A stretch of 64,000 bases of DNA. Source: Vampirovibrionaceae bacterium NZW_1234. Lineage in GTDB: Bacteria > Cyanobacteriota > Vampirovibrionia > Vampirovibrionales > JAGQHJ01. The first letter of the stretch is position 1. Every line of letters starts with the position of its first letter. Shown here piece after piece: positions 48,764-57,474 of this stretch. The position numbers and the translations under genes were made by a program. The stretch spans positions 87,866 to 151,865 of the forward strand of contig JBGUGD010000004.1 in the NCBI GenBank assembly GCA_041697335.1. The letters run 5' to 3'. The notes under the pieces were generated by a model that was not told where the DNA came from, ran no database searches, and worked only from the letters and a program-made list of their open reading frames with translations.

Positions 48764-48886
48764 CTAAGGCCAACGGGGAGAAACCCACCGTGTGGCCTCA
48801 GGATACGAGGCGGCGCGGGAAATGTCAAATCCGATACTCGTGTTTATGATGAGCAGGACCGGTCATAGGTTCGGTGGCTTCAGAAG

Positions 48887-49939
48887 TTAGTAGAGTTTTT
48901 TAGGAGCTGTATCAGGATGCTGCATATCGGTAATGGGGTTAAAGGTGATGGGGATATCACTAGAACCTTGAAGCCAGCTTCTGCTGTAGCTTCCGACAGC
49001 AGTAGACCCACTCAGCATATAGGTCAATATTCCTTTGCCAGATAATAGATTTCTGCTGATGTCAAATACATAAGACGGTGTGCCTGAAGTATCATACTTG
49101 AGGTGATTACCTCGAGCGAATAGTTCATAACCTTGCTGATCGGAATCAAACACGTAATGCTGCGTTACAGGATCCCAGCGCGGTGGCGTAGTAGTGGTCC
49201 ACATGCTTTGATTAGTAGAGTAGTTCGTTTTAGGTGGAATGATGTACATCCCCTTTTTTGAACTTCCATTTTGTGTACGGTAGCCGTAAACAACATATAT
49301 GTTCTTATTACTGTGGTTTTGAATTCTATTTCGATTATCTTGATCCCATACCCTCCCTCGTTCATAGCCCTGGCCAGCCTGTGGGTTTGTGGGTAGGCCG
49401 GGACCACCTGTTAAAGGATTGGTACCCGTTTCTCCCATATAAAGCGGTGTCCCTTGAGTCTCTTTACTAGGGACCTTGCCGGCGGATCGCCTGGAGGGAG
49501 CATATCCGACTGGCTTTTCCGCAGGTCGACTAATTCCGATTCTGGCTATGTCTGATATTGAAGGCTCACTCTTCGGTATTGTCGCCAAATGTGTGGGAAC
49601 TTCGCCTTCCGACACAATGAACTTTTTTGCAGGTCTGCTAATTCCGATTCTGGCTATGTATGATATCGAGGGTTCGCTTTTTGGTGTTGTAGCCGCTTTG
49701 ATGGGGACATAGCCTTCCGGCACTCGACAACTAGGCATGCCAACGCTTGTCTTACCAAACGGGGTAAACAATCCTAATTCGTTAGCATGATTGGATGACA
49801 CTCGTTCAGGCATCTGAGGAGGAGTATCCATCGCCGAAGGAAGCGAATCCTCTCGAGCAGGTTTCCATAATTTGACGATAACATACTTCGATGGTGAGTC
49901 CTGTGTTGGACCCAATACTGGTGCGTTTGCACTCGGCAT
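48887..49939 (-). CDS. Hypothetical protein, paralogue of 50171-51031, with internal 36-aa-period repeat
   Basis: Shares NIY.VY.Y, GM.IIPP and W.TT.PPRWD...Q.YVF with its neighbour; GGGAGG RBS. Confidence 0.75.
   Translation of the reverse strand: MPSANAPVLGPTQDSPSKYVIVKLWKPAREDSLPSAMDTPPQMPERVSSNHANELGLFTPFGKTSVGMPSCRVPEGYVPIKAATTPKSEPSISYIARIGISRPAKKFIVSEGEVPTHLATIPKSEPSISDIARIGISRPAEKPVGYAPSRRSAGKVPSKETQGTPLYMGETGTNPLTGGPGLPTNPQAGQGYERGRVWDQDNRNRIQNHSNKNIYVVYGYRTQNGSSKKGMYIIPPKTNYSTNQSMWTTTTPPRWDPVTQHYVFDSDQQGYELFARGNHLKYDTSGTPSYVFDISRNLLSGKGILTYMLSGSTAVGSYSRSWLQGSSDIPITFNPITDMQHPDTAPKKLY
49515..49694. repeat. Intragenic direct repeat, two ~70-bp copies 108 bp apart
   Basis: GCAGGTC..CTAATTCCGATTCTGGCTATGT.TGATAT.GA.GG at 49521 and 49629; encodes PKSEPSIS(Y/D)IARIGISRPA. 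Confidence 0.9.
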
Positions 49940-50170
49940 AGTTGCTTCCTCCCTACCAATGTACCCCTAAATCGAATTGGTTCATTATTTACGAGACTAT
50001 TGGCATAAAGGTTGTATCTTTTGAAATCATGTTAGCTATTAAATATTTGTAAAGTATACCTGTGCACTTCAATGCCTCCCAGATGCTTGGTTACATCGGG
50101 CATTGGAAGGCAGCAGAGTATCACCACCTGTTCTAATCTCAACCGCGCAAAAGAATCGGTGTTGTTCAAA

Positions 50171-51031
50171 CTAAGGGCGAAATTCAATGGGATAGCCCGG
50201 ATGGCTGGAACCAATCCAGGGGTTTCGCCCGCCATTCATCATTCCGGCAGTCTCCGGACCTCCGGTAATCAGGGAAAAATTGCCACCCAAAGAGGGATTT
50301 GCCCCTGTGTCATACGTCAAGACCTGCCCATCCCGAATCTTATACCCTGGATGGTTTGGCTCAAAGACATACTGCTGAGAGGTTTCATCCCAGCGTGGGG
50401 GAACTGTTGTGGCCCAATCCAAGTCGTCACCGGCCCCGCCGGCAGCTCTGCCTGGAGGAATGATGATCATGCCGTAGCGCTTGTTATTCTCGTTGTCCCG
50501 ATAAGAGTAAATGGCATAGATATTTTGATTGGACTGATTCACCACTCGGCCCCCGTTGGTGCCGCCGGTGGGAAATTGTAACTCGGCTGGGAGGCCCGGC
50601 CCTTTTTCCAGAGCGGCCTTGCCTTCACCCCGAAAAAGCGGGATCTTCAGTTCTTTTTTCTCTTTGCCCAAGACCAGGATTTGTTGTGTGGTTTCTCCCA
50701 CTGCCTTTGGCAATGGCTTCATGGGAGGTGGTGCCGAAATGGGAGCATTGGGATCCATGAGGGGCAACGCCTTGCCCAAAGGCTTCATTTCCACCAGTTT
50801 GGGGTCCAACACCTCTTGGGATTTTGCCCCGGCTACTTGGCCGAGCCCGGTACTTGCGACTTGGGTGCTTATGGTAGAAAGATTACTTGGGATGGTCATT
50901 GTTGAATCCTCCACGGCCAGTGCGTATCCCGTCGGACAAAACCCTAAATATCCAAGGCAAAAAAATAGTGTCGTTGCGCGGACAACGTTGAAAAAACGCA
51001 TCCGAAAGACGAAAAAATGCTGTGTTGCCAT
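50171..51031 (-). CDS. Exported hypothetical protein, paralogue of 48887-49939
   Basis: N-terminal signal peptide (…GYALA), Pro-rich linker, shared C-terminal domain. Confidence 0.75.
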   Translation of the reverse strand: MATQHFFVFRMRFFNVVRATTLFFCLGYLGFCPTGYALAVEDSTMTIPSNLSTISTQVASTGLGQVAGAKSQEVLDPKLVEMKPLGKALPLMDPNAPISAPPPMKPLPKAVGETTQQILVLGKEKKELKIPLFRGEGKAALEKGPGLPAELQFPTGGTNGGRVVNQSNQNIYAIYSYRDNENNKRYGMIIIPPGRAAGGAGDDLDWATTVPPRWDETSQQYVFEPNHPGYKIRDGQVLTYDTGANPSLGGNFSLITGGPETAGMMNGGRNPWIGSSHPGYPIEFRP

Positions 51032-51179
51032 CGCCTATGTACGCCTAAATAATGCCCTTGGAAATCCAAAAGGGGTTAATTGTATAAAGTCTGGATTTCA
51101 AGATTCAATGTTATTTTTTTTAAAATTGTAAAGGTCAATGTGCATGACGAGCGGGGGCGGATACACGAGAGGGCTGACA

Positions 51180-52265
51180 TCAGATTTCAATAGAGGACTG
51201 ATCGCCCAGCAAGAGCTGATAGGTGGCCGGGCGACGTTGGGCTTTGGTAATCGAACATTCATGCCCGATTAAGCTTTGTTCAATCCGTGTGCCAATGTTG
51301 CTGAGCAGGCAGCTTTCGAGAAAGACCGAGTTTTCCACCTCGGCCTGTTCGATACGGGTGCCTTTTCCGACGCTGGTAAAGGGACCAATATAGGCATCGT
51401 GGATTTCGCAATTTTCGCCAATGCGCACGGGGCCTTGGATAATGCTGTTGGTGACGCGGGCCCCGGCGGCAATTTCAACCCGGCCGCGCAGCTGGGTTTG
51501 TTTATCCACCTTGCCCTCCACCAGGGTAGTACAAAATGCATCCAAAACAATGCGATTGGCCTCAAGCAGATCGTCTTTCTTTCCGGTATCCAGCCACCAG
51601 CCTTCCAGGGTCTGGGCACGAACGGTTTTACCCATGGTAATCAGCTGCTGAATCGCATCGGTAATTTCCAACTCCCCTCGGGCACTGGGCTGAATCTGAT
51701 CAATGGCGTCAAAGATATTGGCCCGGAATAAATACAGCCCCACCAAGGCCAAATTGGATTTGGGATGCTTGGGTTTTTCTTCCAGTTGAATGACCTGGTG
51801 CTGGTCGTTGAGTTCGGCAACTCCAAAGGCCTGAGGGTTCTGGACCGCTTTGAGCAAGATATGCGCATCGGCACTGTCTGCTACAAAGGCCTCCACCATT
51901 GGTCTTAGGCTGCTTTGAATCAAGTTATCCCCTAGGTACATGATGAACGAGGACGAGCCCAGATAAGGCTTTGCGGTCAGGACCGCATGAGCCAGACCCA
52001 GGGGCTGTTCCTGGGGAATAAACGTGACCTTGACGTCACCAGGACACCAGGCATTGATGGCACTCGTGACGGCCTGTCCCGTTTCCGGGCTGATAATAAT
52101 ACCGATATCCCGAACCCCGGCATCCACTAGGCCATCCAGGGCATAGTACAGGATGGGTTTATTGGCCACGGGGACCAGTTGCTTTGCCGTGGTGTGAGTC
52201 AGGGGACGAAGCCGGGTTCCTTTGCCTCCGGCAAGAACCAAACCTTTTAAAGCATGTGTTGGCAT
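51180..52265 (-). CDS. rfbA: Glucose-1-phosphate thymidylyltransferase (long form)
   Basis: KGLVLAGGKGTRLRPLT, KQLVPVANKP, YLGDN, EEKP, PSARGELEITDA, WWLDTG and C-terminal beta-helix. Confidence 0.95.
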   Translation of the reverse strand: MPTHALKGLVLAGGKGTRLRPLTHTTAKQLVPVANKPILYYALDGLVDAGVRDIGIIISPETGQAVTSAINAWCPGDVKVTFIPQEQPLGLAHAVLTAKPYLGSSSFIMYLGDNLIQSSLRPMVEAFVADSADAHILLKAVQNPQAFGVAELNDQHQVIQLEEKPKHPKSNLALVGLYLFRANIFDAIDQIQPSARGELEITDAIQQLITMGKTVRAQTLEGWWLDTGKKDDLLEANRIVLDAFCTTLVEGKVDKQTQLRGRVEIAAGARVTNSIIQGPVRIGENCEIHDAYIGPFTSVGKGTRIEQAEVENSVFLESCLLSNIGTRIEQSLIGHECSITKAQRRPATYQLLLGDQSSIEI

Positions 52266-53176
52266 TTTCCTAAGCGACCTGCCTTAAAATCCATTACCGC
52301 CAATTCGAATGCCCGATGATGACGCTTGGCATCCGTATCAAAGGGTTTCAGTGCTGTCTTTATTTTACTGCGAAACAGACGAAAGCGCGTATAGGATTCA
52401 ATGCGTCGAAACTGATCCCCAGGCAGCATCCGTTGCAGCAGGGCCAGACGGTTTCGTTGGTAGTAATAGGTGGTCAGAACACTTTGACGTTTCGTCGTAG
52501 CGCCTTCCTGGTGGTAGATTTTGGCGTTCAGAGCGACCCGACACTCGATGCCCTGGGTTTGGGCTTGGAAGCAATAATCGTTGTCTTCAAAATACAAAAA
52601 ATAGCGCTCATCCAAGAGGCCCACGGTGTCGATAATCGCACGTGAAATCAACATACTGCATCCTGTCAGGGATTCGACAGTCATCCCCTCGCATAGTGAC
52701 GATTCCGGGTAGTGAACCAATTTGCCTCGACGCCTATCCAGACGATTGCCCACACGCTGAAACCGGCCGTCGGGGTAGAGGATCTGCGCGCCAATTAGGC
52801 AAGGGGGATTGGACTGAGCCAAGTCCACCATCCCTGTCAGCGCCTCGGGATCGACGGTAGTGTCATTATTGAGAAGCCAGACATAGTCAAATTTCGGATT
52901 GGCCAAGACGGCCTGAATCCCGATGTTATTGCCACCGCTATAGCCGGTGTTGTCCGTGGCGGCAATCAGGGTAATATCCGGGTGCGCATGGGCGATGGCC
53001 TCGGCCGAGCCATCCTGGGAGTAATTGTCCACCACCACAATAGAATAATGAGGGTAGGACAACCCTTTAAGAGACGTGACACAGGCAATGGTGTCCGGCG
53101 CATTTTGATAATTCAGAACCACAATCCCCACCCACGGGGCCGCGGATTTATCCGCTAATGACGCGTACCAGCTCAT
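52247..53176 (-). CDS. Glycosyltransferase family 2
   Basis: IVVLNY, VVDN.S.D, N.GYSGGNNIG, LLNND, GCSMLI, YFLYFED.D. Confidence 0.93.
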   Translation of the reverse strand: MSWYASLADKSAAPWVGIVVLNYQNAPDTIACVTSLKGLSYPHYSIVVVDNYSQDGSAEAIAHAHPDITLIAATDNTGYSGGNNIGIQAVLANPKFDYVWLLNNDTTVDPEALTGMVDLAQSNPPCLIGAQILYPDGRFQRVGNRLDRRRGKLVHYPESSLCEGMTVESLTGCSMLISRAIIDTVGLLDERYFLYFEDNDYCFQAQTQGIECRVALNAKIYHQEGATTKRQSVLTTYYYQRNRLALLQRMLPGDQFRRIESYTRFRLFRSKIKTALKPFDTDAKRHHRAFELAVMDFKAGRLGKCQHML

Positions 53177-53360
53177 TCATCAGGGTGTCTAAATCAATGG
53201 AGTGGACCAGTACGCTGGCTTGTAGATTCTCGTGCTTGGCGGTTTCCGTTTTGGCATAGGCGGCAAGGCCGTATTTCGTCAGAACAGGTTCGGCCTGAGG
53301 GTATTCGGTCATAATCTCCGACAAGCTCATGGTTTTTAATTTATCGGTCGATGTCGGCAT
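53148..53360 (-). CDS. Small DUF1858/ScdA-N-like domain protein
   Basis: MSLSEI...YP....VL..YGL...E.L.....VH.ID...L..EL pattern; GAAGGAGA RBS before the ATG at 53360. Confidence 0.7.
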   Translation of the reverse strand: MPTSTDKLKTMSLSEIMTEYPQAEPVLTKYGLAAYAKTETAKHENLQASVLVHSIDLDTLMNELVRVISG

Positions 53361-54819
53361 CGAACGTGTCTCCTTCAACTTGTGATTGCCTTCTATCTTG
53401 ATGCATCACAGGCTTCTGGTCAAGACAGTGTTTTAAGGCTTCCATCAAGGAATGAATTTCTACCTGTTCAATATGATGCGGGGTTCCAGACGCCTTGGGA
53501 TGACGGACCTGGGGCAATACAATGCGCTTGAAGCCTAACTTCTCGGATTCCACCACGCGACCTTCAAAATGGCTGATGGGCCGTACTTCCCCCGTTAAGC
53601 CAATTTCACCGGCCACGACCGTTCCCGGCTTCAGAGAGGTTTGATAATGACTGGTCACCAGGGCCAAGGCGATGCCCAAATCGGCTGCGGGCTCCTGAAT
53701 CCGCATGCCGCCCACCACGTTGACATATATGTCCTGCTTGGAAAAATCCAAACCAAGGCGGCGTTCCAGAACAGCAACAATTTGATGCAGACGACTGATA
53801 TCAAAACCATTGGCAACGCGTCGCGGGGAGGCATAGGTGGTAAACCCGACCAGAGCCTGAATTTCAATCAAAAGCGGACGGTTGCCTTCCATGGTAGCCA
53901 CAATGGCGCTTCCCGGGAGGTTTTGGTAACTGTTCTCCGACAAAAACAGTTCGCTGGGGTTGGATACTTCCAGAAGCCCGGCTTCGGTAATTTCAAACAC
54001 ACCGATTTCGTTCGTATTGCCGAAACGGTTTTTGACGGCCCGAATAATCCGAAGGTTGCGAAACTTTTCGCCTTCGAAGTACAAGACGGCATCCACCGTA
54101 TGTTCCAGAAGTTTGGGGCCGGAAACAGCCCCTTCTTTGGTCACGTGGCCTATCAGAATAATGGTGGTATTCAAGGCTTTGGCGGTCACCATCAGCTGCC
54201 CGGCACATTCCTTGATTTGGCCCACGTTGCCTGGGGTACCTGATAAATCCGGATCATAAATGGCCTGGATGCTGTCGATAATGACCATATCCGGCCTGGA
54301 AGTCTTTATCTCATGCTGGATTTTATGAATATTGGTTTCCGGATACACCAGGATACGATGGCCATCAAGACCAAGTCGTTCTGCCCGCATTTTGATCTGG
54401 TGAGGTGACTCTTCCCCGGCAACGTACAATACGGTTTTGCCTTGCTGACCTAAGACCTGGGATACCTGGAGCATCAGGGTCGATTTCCCAATGCCCGGAT
54501 CGCCACCAATGAGGATATAGGCTCCGGGAATAAAACCGCCTCCCAAGACTCGATCCAGCTCAGGGAAGCCACTGGAGTAGCGGATCAATTCATCCGTGAG
54601 GCAGACATCTTTCAGGAGTTGAGGAACGGCAGATTCTGCCGTTCCTCCAAAAAGCTCTCGAGAGTCAACGGTTTGCACCGAGGCGGATTTTTGAATTTCA
54701 ACCTTGCGCTCCAACAAGCTGTTCCATTCGCCGCATTCCGGACAACGGCCCAGGTATTTCGGGGTTTCCGCATGACACTGCTGGCATTGGAAAATCGTTT
54801 TAATCTTGATTTTTGACAT
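53341..54819 (-). CDS. radA: DNA repair protein RadA/Sms
   Basis: C4 zinc finger, GDPGIGKSTL, GEES, IDSIQ, GHVTK.G...GP..LEH.VD, KNRFG. Confidence 0.97.
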   Translation of the reverse strand: MSKIKIKTIFQCQQCHAETPKYLGRCPECGEWNSLLERKVEIQKSASVQTVDSRELFGGTAESAVPQLLKDVCLTDELIRYSSGFPELDRVLGGGFIPGAYILIGGDPGIGKSTLMLQVSQVLGQQGKTVLYVAGEESPHQIKMRAERLGLDGHRILVYPETNIHKIQHEIKTSRPDMVIIDSIQAIYDPDLSGTPGNVGQIKECAGQLMVTAKALNTTIILIGHVTKEGAVSGPKLLEHTVDAVLYFEGEKFRNLRIIRAVKNRFGNTNEIGVFEITEAGLLEVSNPSELFLSENSYQNLPGSAIVATMEGNRPLLIEIQALVGFTTYASPRRVANGFDISRLHQIVAVLERRLGLDFSKQDIYVNVVGGMRIQEPAADLGIALALVTSHYQTSLKPGTVVAGEIGLTGEVRPISHFEGRVVESEKLGFKRIVLPQVRHPKASGTPHHIEQVEIHSLMEALKHCLDQKPVMHQDRRQSQVEGDTFDADIDR

Positions 54820-54948
54820 CCGCACAACCTCTCTCACGCTTGGAGAAACCAGGGAAGTCCAGGCCATCCCTACCAGTAGCGTACTTCAAAAGACCGGGAA
54901 ACTCAAACGAGTCACTTATCTGATATAGACATCTGCACAGACGGGAGG

Positions 54949-55785
54949 CTAGGCGTTGGTATCGTAGGTATCTTCGTAGTCATCGAGAATTACAATCTCC
55001 TCATCTCCCGCTAAGGGCGGCTGGGCCGAGGATGAGTCCTCGGAAGGCAGGTACTGCTTGTAGAGATCGGCATCCGGGTCGGGTGTGACTAGTGAAGTGT
55101 CCATTGAGGAATCTAATTCGGTTAACAATGTCATCTGGTGGTTGGTGGACCCCACGACCAGGCGTTTTCCAGCAACCTGAATCACATGGATGTCTTTGGT
55201 TGGACCGAGTCGGCTACGAAACAGAATTTGAGGGCGTAATGAGGTTTCAGCTTCGGCCATGGGTTTTAGGCCGCCAAACAGGCGGCTGAGCCATGGTTCA
55301 GTCGATGATACGGGTGATGGTGATGAGCTCGTTCCTCCGGGGGGTGGCCCTGCCATGGGGTTGTTGCTTGTCGGGCTAAACGGTAATAGCGAATCTTTGC
55401 CTCCAGGTGCGTGACGCGGAAGAATCATTTTGGCCATAACGAGGATGAGAATGATGACAGCCGCAGTTAACAGAAAGACCTGTCCCAAATAATCGCCGGA
55501 TGTGAATCGGCGCTGTTCGGCTTTGTTGCGCTGATACACCTGATTCAGGGGGCGTCCGGCCATGGAGGGCGCTTCCTCAGTAGACTGGGGGGCGCTTTCT
55601 GTGGTTAGTGAAGAGGCCGAGGGTCCGGCTTCTTCACTAACCACAGGTGCATGCGATGCGGCTGGATGATGAGCATCCTGAGCCAATGCTGTAAAAAGAC
55701 ATTGACTGAGGAGAACAATGCTCAGAAGAGCCAGGCGCATCGGTCGACAGATGTGTATCCATGGTCGCAGAGCGAAGATTGTCAC
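54949..55785 (-). CDS. fliO: FliO/MopB-family flagellar biosynthesis protein
   Basis: Signal-like N-terminus, one TM helix, then LGPTKDIHVIQVAGKRLVVGST..QMTLLTEL FliO core. Confidence 0.75.
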   Translation of the reverse strand: MTIFALRPWIHICRPMRLALLSIVLLSQCLFTALAQDAHHPAASHAPVVSEEAGPSASSLTTESAPQSTEEAPSMAGRPLNQVYQRNKAEQRRFTSGDYLGQVFLLTAAVIILILVMAKMILPRHAPGGKDSLLPFSPTSNNPMAGPPPGGTSSSPSPVSSTEPWLSRLFGGLKPMAEAETSLRPQILFRSRLGPTKDIHVIQVAGKRLVVGSTNHQMTLLTELDSSMDTSLVTPDPDADLYKQYLPSEDSSSAQPPLAGDEEIVILDDYEDTYDTNA

Positions 55786-56097
55786 AAGTGAGTGCCCTTT
55801 TTTAGACCGTATTCAACCTCTATTATAGCTTGATATTCCGGACTGGCATGAAACGATCGGGCAGCCTCGCCTGAGTAGCATAGCAATAAGCTCCTGCACA
55901 GGCCTATGCAGGAGCTTACGCATGGTGGTAGGTTGGGATGAAATCTTCCGGAGAATCCGGGAGACCTGCTCAACGGAAATTGTGGTACAAGCTCCTTGAG
56001 CGTGTGTTGCCGCTCCAATCTACCAAGGGTCGTGGTTCTGAACGTGGCATTTTAGTGAAGAGCCCCAATCAGAGCCCTATGGTTAAGATTTCAGGTG

Positions 56098-56409
56098 TTA
56101 GACGGGACCGCCACCGGCGGGTCTGACAGGAACCGGTCCTAGCGGAATCGTGCCGCCCGGTTGCAAGTTGCGAAATTCGTTGTTCGATGGCAGTTGAAAT
56201 GGATTATTGAGACGCATATACCGTTCATAGGCCGCCGGATTGGTGCGTTTCAATTCAGCCAGTTCTTTCATTTTGTCGGCGCTTGAGGTGTCGACCACAC
56301 CTTGGGTGTTGTTCACGCCTGGGCTGCTTTGTTGGTTGTTTCTTTGTTGTGTTCCTGCCAGTGTAGCAGCTTGCACTGAAGTGGTAATTGCGGCAGCTAA
56401 AAATGTCAT
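56098..56409 (-). CDS. Small hypothetical protein (Ala/Thr/Gln/Asn/Pro-rich)
   Basis: 103-aa ORF with strong AAGGGGG RBS. Confidence 0.7.
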   Translation of the reverse strand: MTFLAAAITTSVQAATLAGTQQRNNQQSSPGVNNTQGVVDTSSADKMKELAELKRTNPAAYERYMRLNNPFQLPSNNEFRNLQPGGTIPLGPVPVRPAGGGPV

Positions 56410-56709
56410 AATGTATCCCCCTTATCATTATTGGTATGTTATCGCTTTTTTCAACTTATGCATAAGCCAGTATCAGTATTAACGCATTTAAAATTCAGTT
56501 GTTGTTAGGTCTGAAAATTGTTGTTTTTATCAGTGGATATCGGAAAGCCTGAGTATCAGATTAAATGGGATTCTTAAGCCTTTATTAACTCCCATTTATG
56601 CGGGGTGTTTGTGTCAATCTGAAGAGGGTCTTTAGCGAAAAGATATTGGATTAAACTGTGCTAAAAAACGTACAGGCAGCTTTTTAGCGTATTTTAATTT
56701 TGTATTGGA

Positions 56710-56741
56710 AAAGAAAAAGGAATTGGCTTGAACCAATTCCT
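56710..56741 (-). terminator. Intrinsic terminator-like hairpin with no annotated gene directly upstream
   Basis: Minus strand AGGAATTGG-TTCAAG-CCAATTCCT followed by TTTTCTTTT. Confidence 0.6.
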
Positions 56742-57474
56742 CCAAGTGGTGTGTACGTGATAAAAGAAACTTTTATGGCTGATGAAGGCACGCCAGTTAG
56801 TTTGGGTGACGTGCTTTTATGGATTATCAGCTCAAGCAATTTAAATTAAAATGTATTTCGACCATGCGGCCGAGCCCAGCACAAAACATCCTTTCTTTCC
56901 GTCACTGTCCATGTTGGTCAGTGGTGTTGCCAATTTTTAACACATGATGGTGGGTGTGATTGTATAAAAACCCTCAGGAGCAGGTTTTTGATAGGATCTG
57001 GTATTGGGCATTTAATTAAATTTAAGTCTGATATGTCTTTAGTAGGCGATTTCGGAATGCTTAAATCATTCTAAACCTTCAAATCCTGCAAGAAATGGGG
57101 ACTAGGGTGTGGTGAAGAGCCAAGGGAGGCTATAACACGAGTACTGACAAGTCACGAAAGAGGGTTTAAGTCGCCTAGGGGCTATCTCCCTGTTTGAGAG
57201 GAGTGTATTTAGGAGTGTTGATGGGCTCCCCGAGCGCGCAATTTGCGCGCTCGGACACATGTTGTTACATCCGTTTAAAGGAATCAGTCTGCATATTGAT
57301 GGGCGTATTGACTTGTCCAGAAGGAGTTTCTCGGATTTGCTTATCTGTGTCTTAACATAATCCATCCATTGGATTTGTAAAAACGCACTTTTTTTCTTGG
57401 TCTGTTTTCTTTTTCATGGACTTAATCTTTGCAATGGAATCCATTAGGCAATCGAGAATCGTAGGAAGTTGTCC

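Noticed and set aside
48768..48799. Hairpin AGGCCA...TGGCCT just upstream of hemW as a riboswitch
   Set aside because: A single interrupted stem with no recognisable aptamer consensus.
57102..57365. 87-aa minus-strand ORF in the intergenic gap
   Set aside because: No convincing RBS or protein-like features; cannot be supported as a gene.
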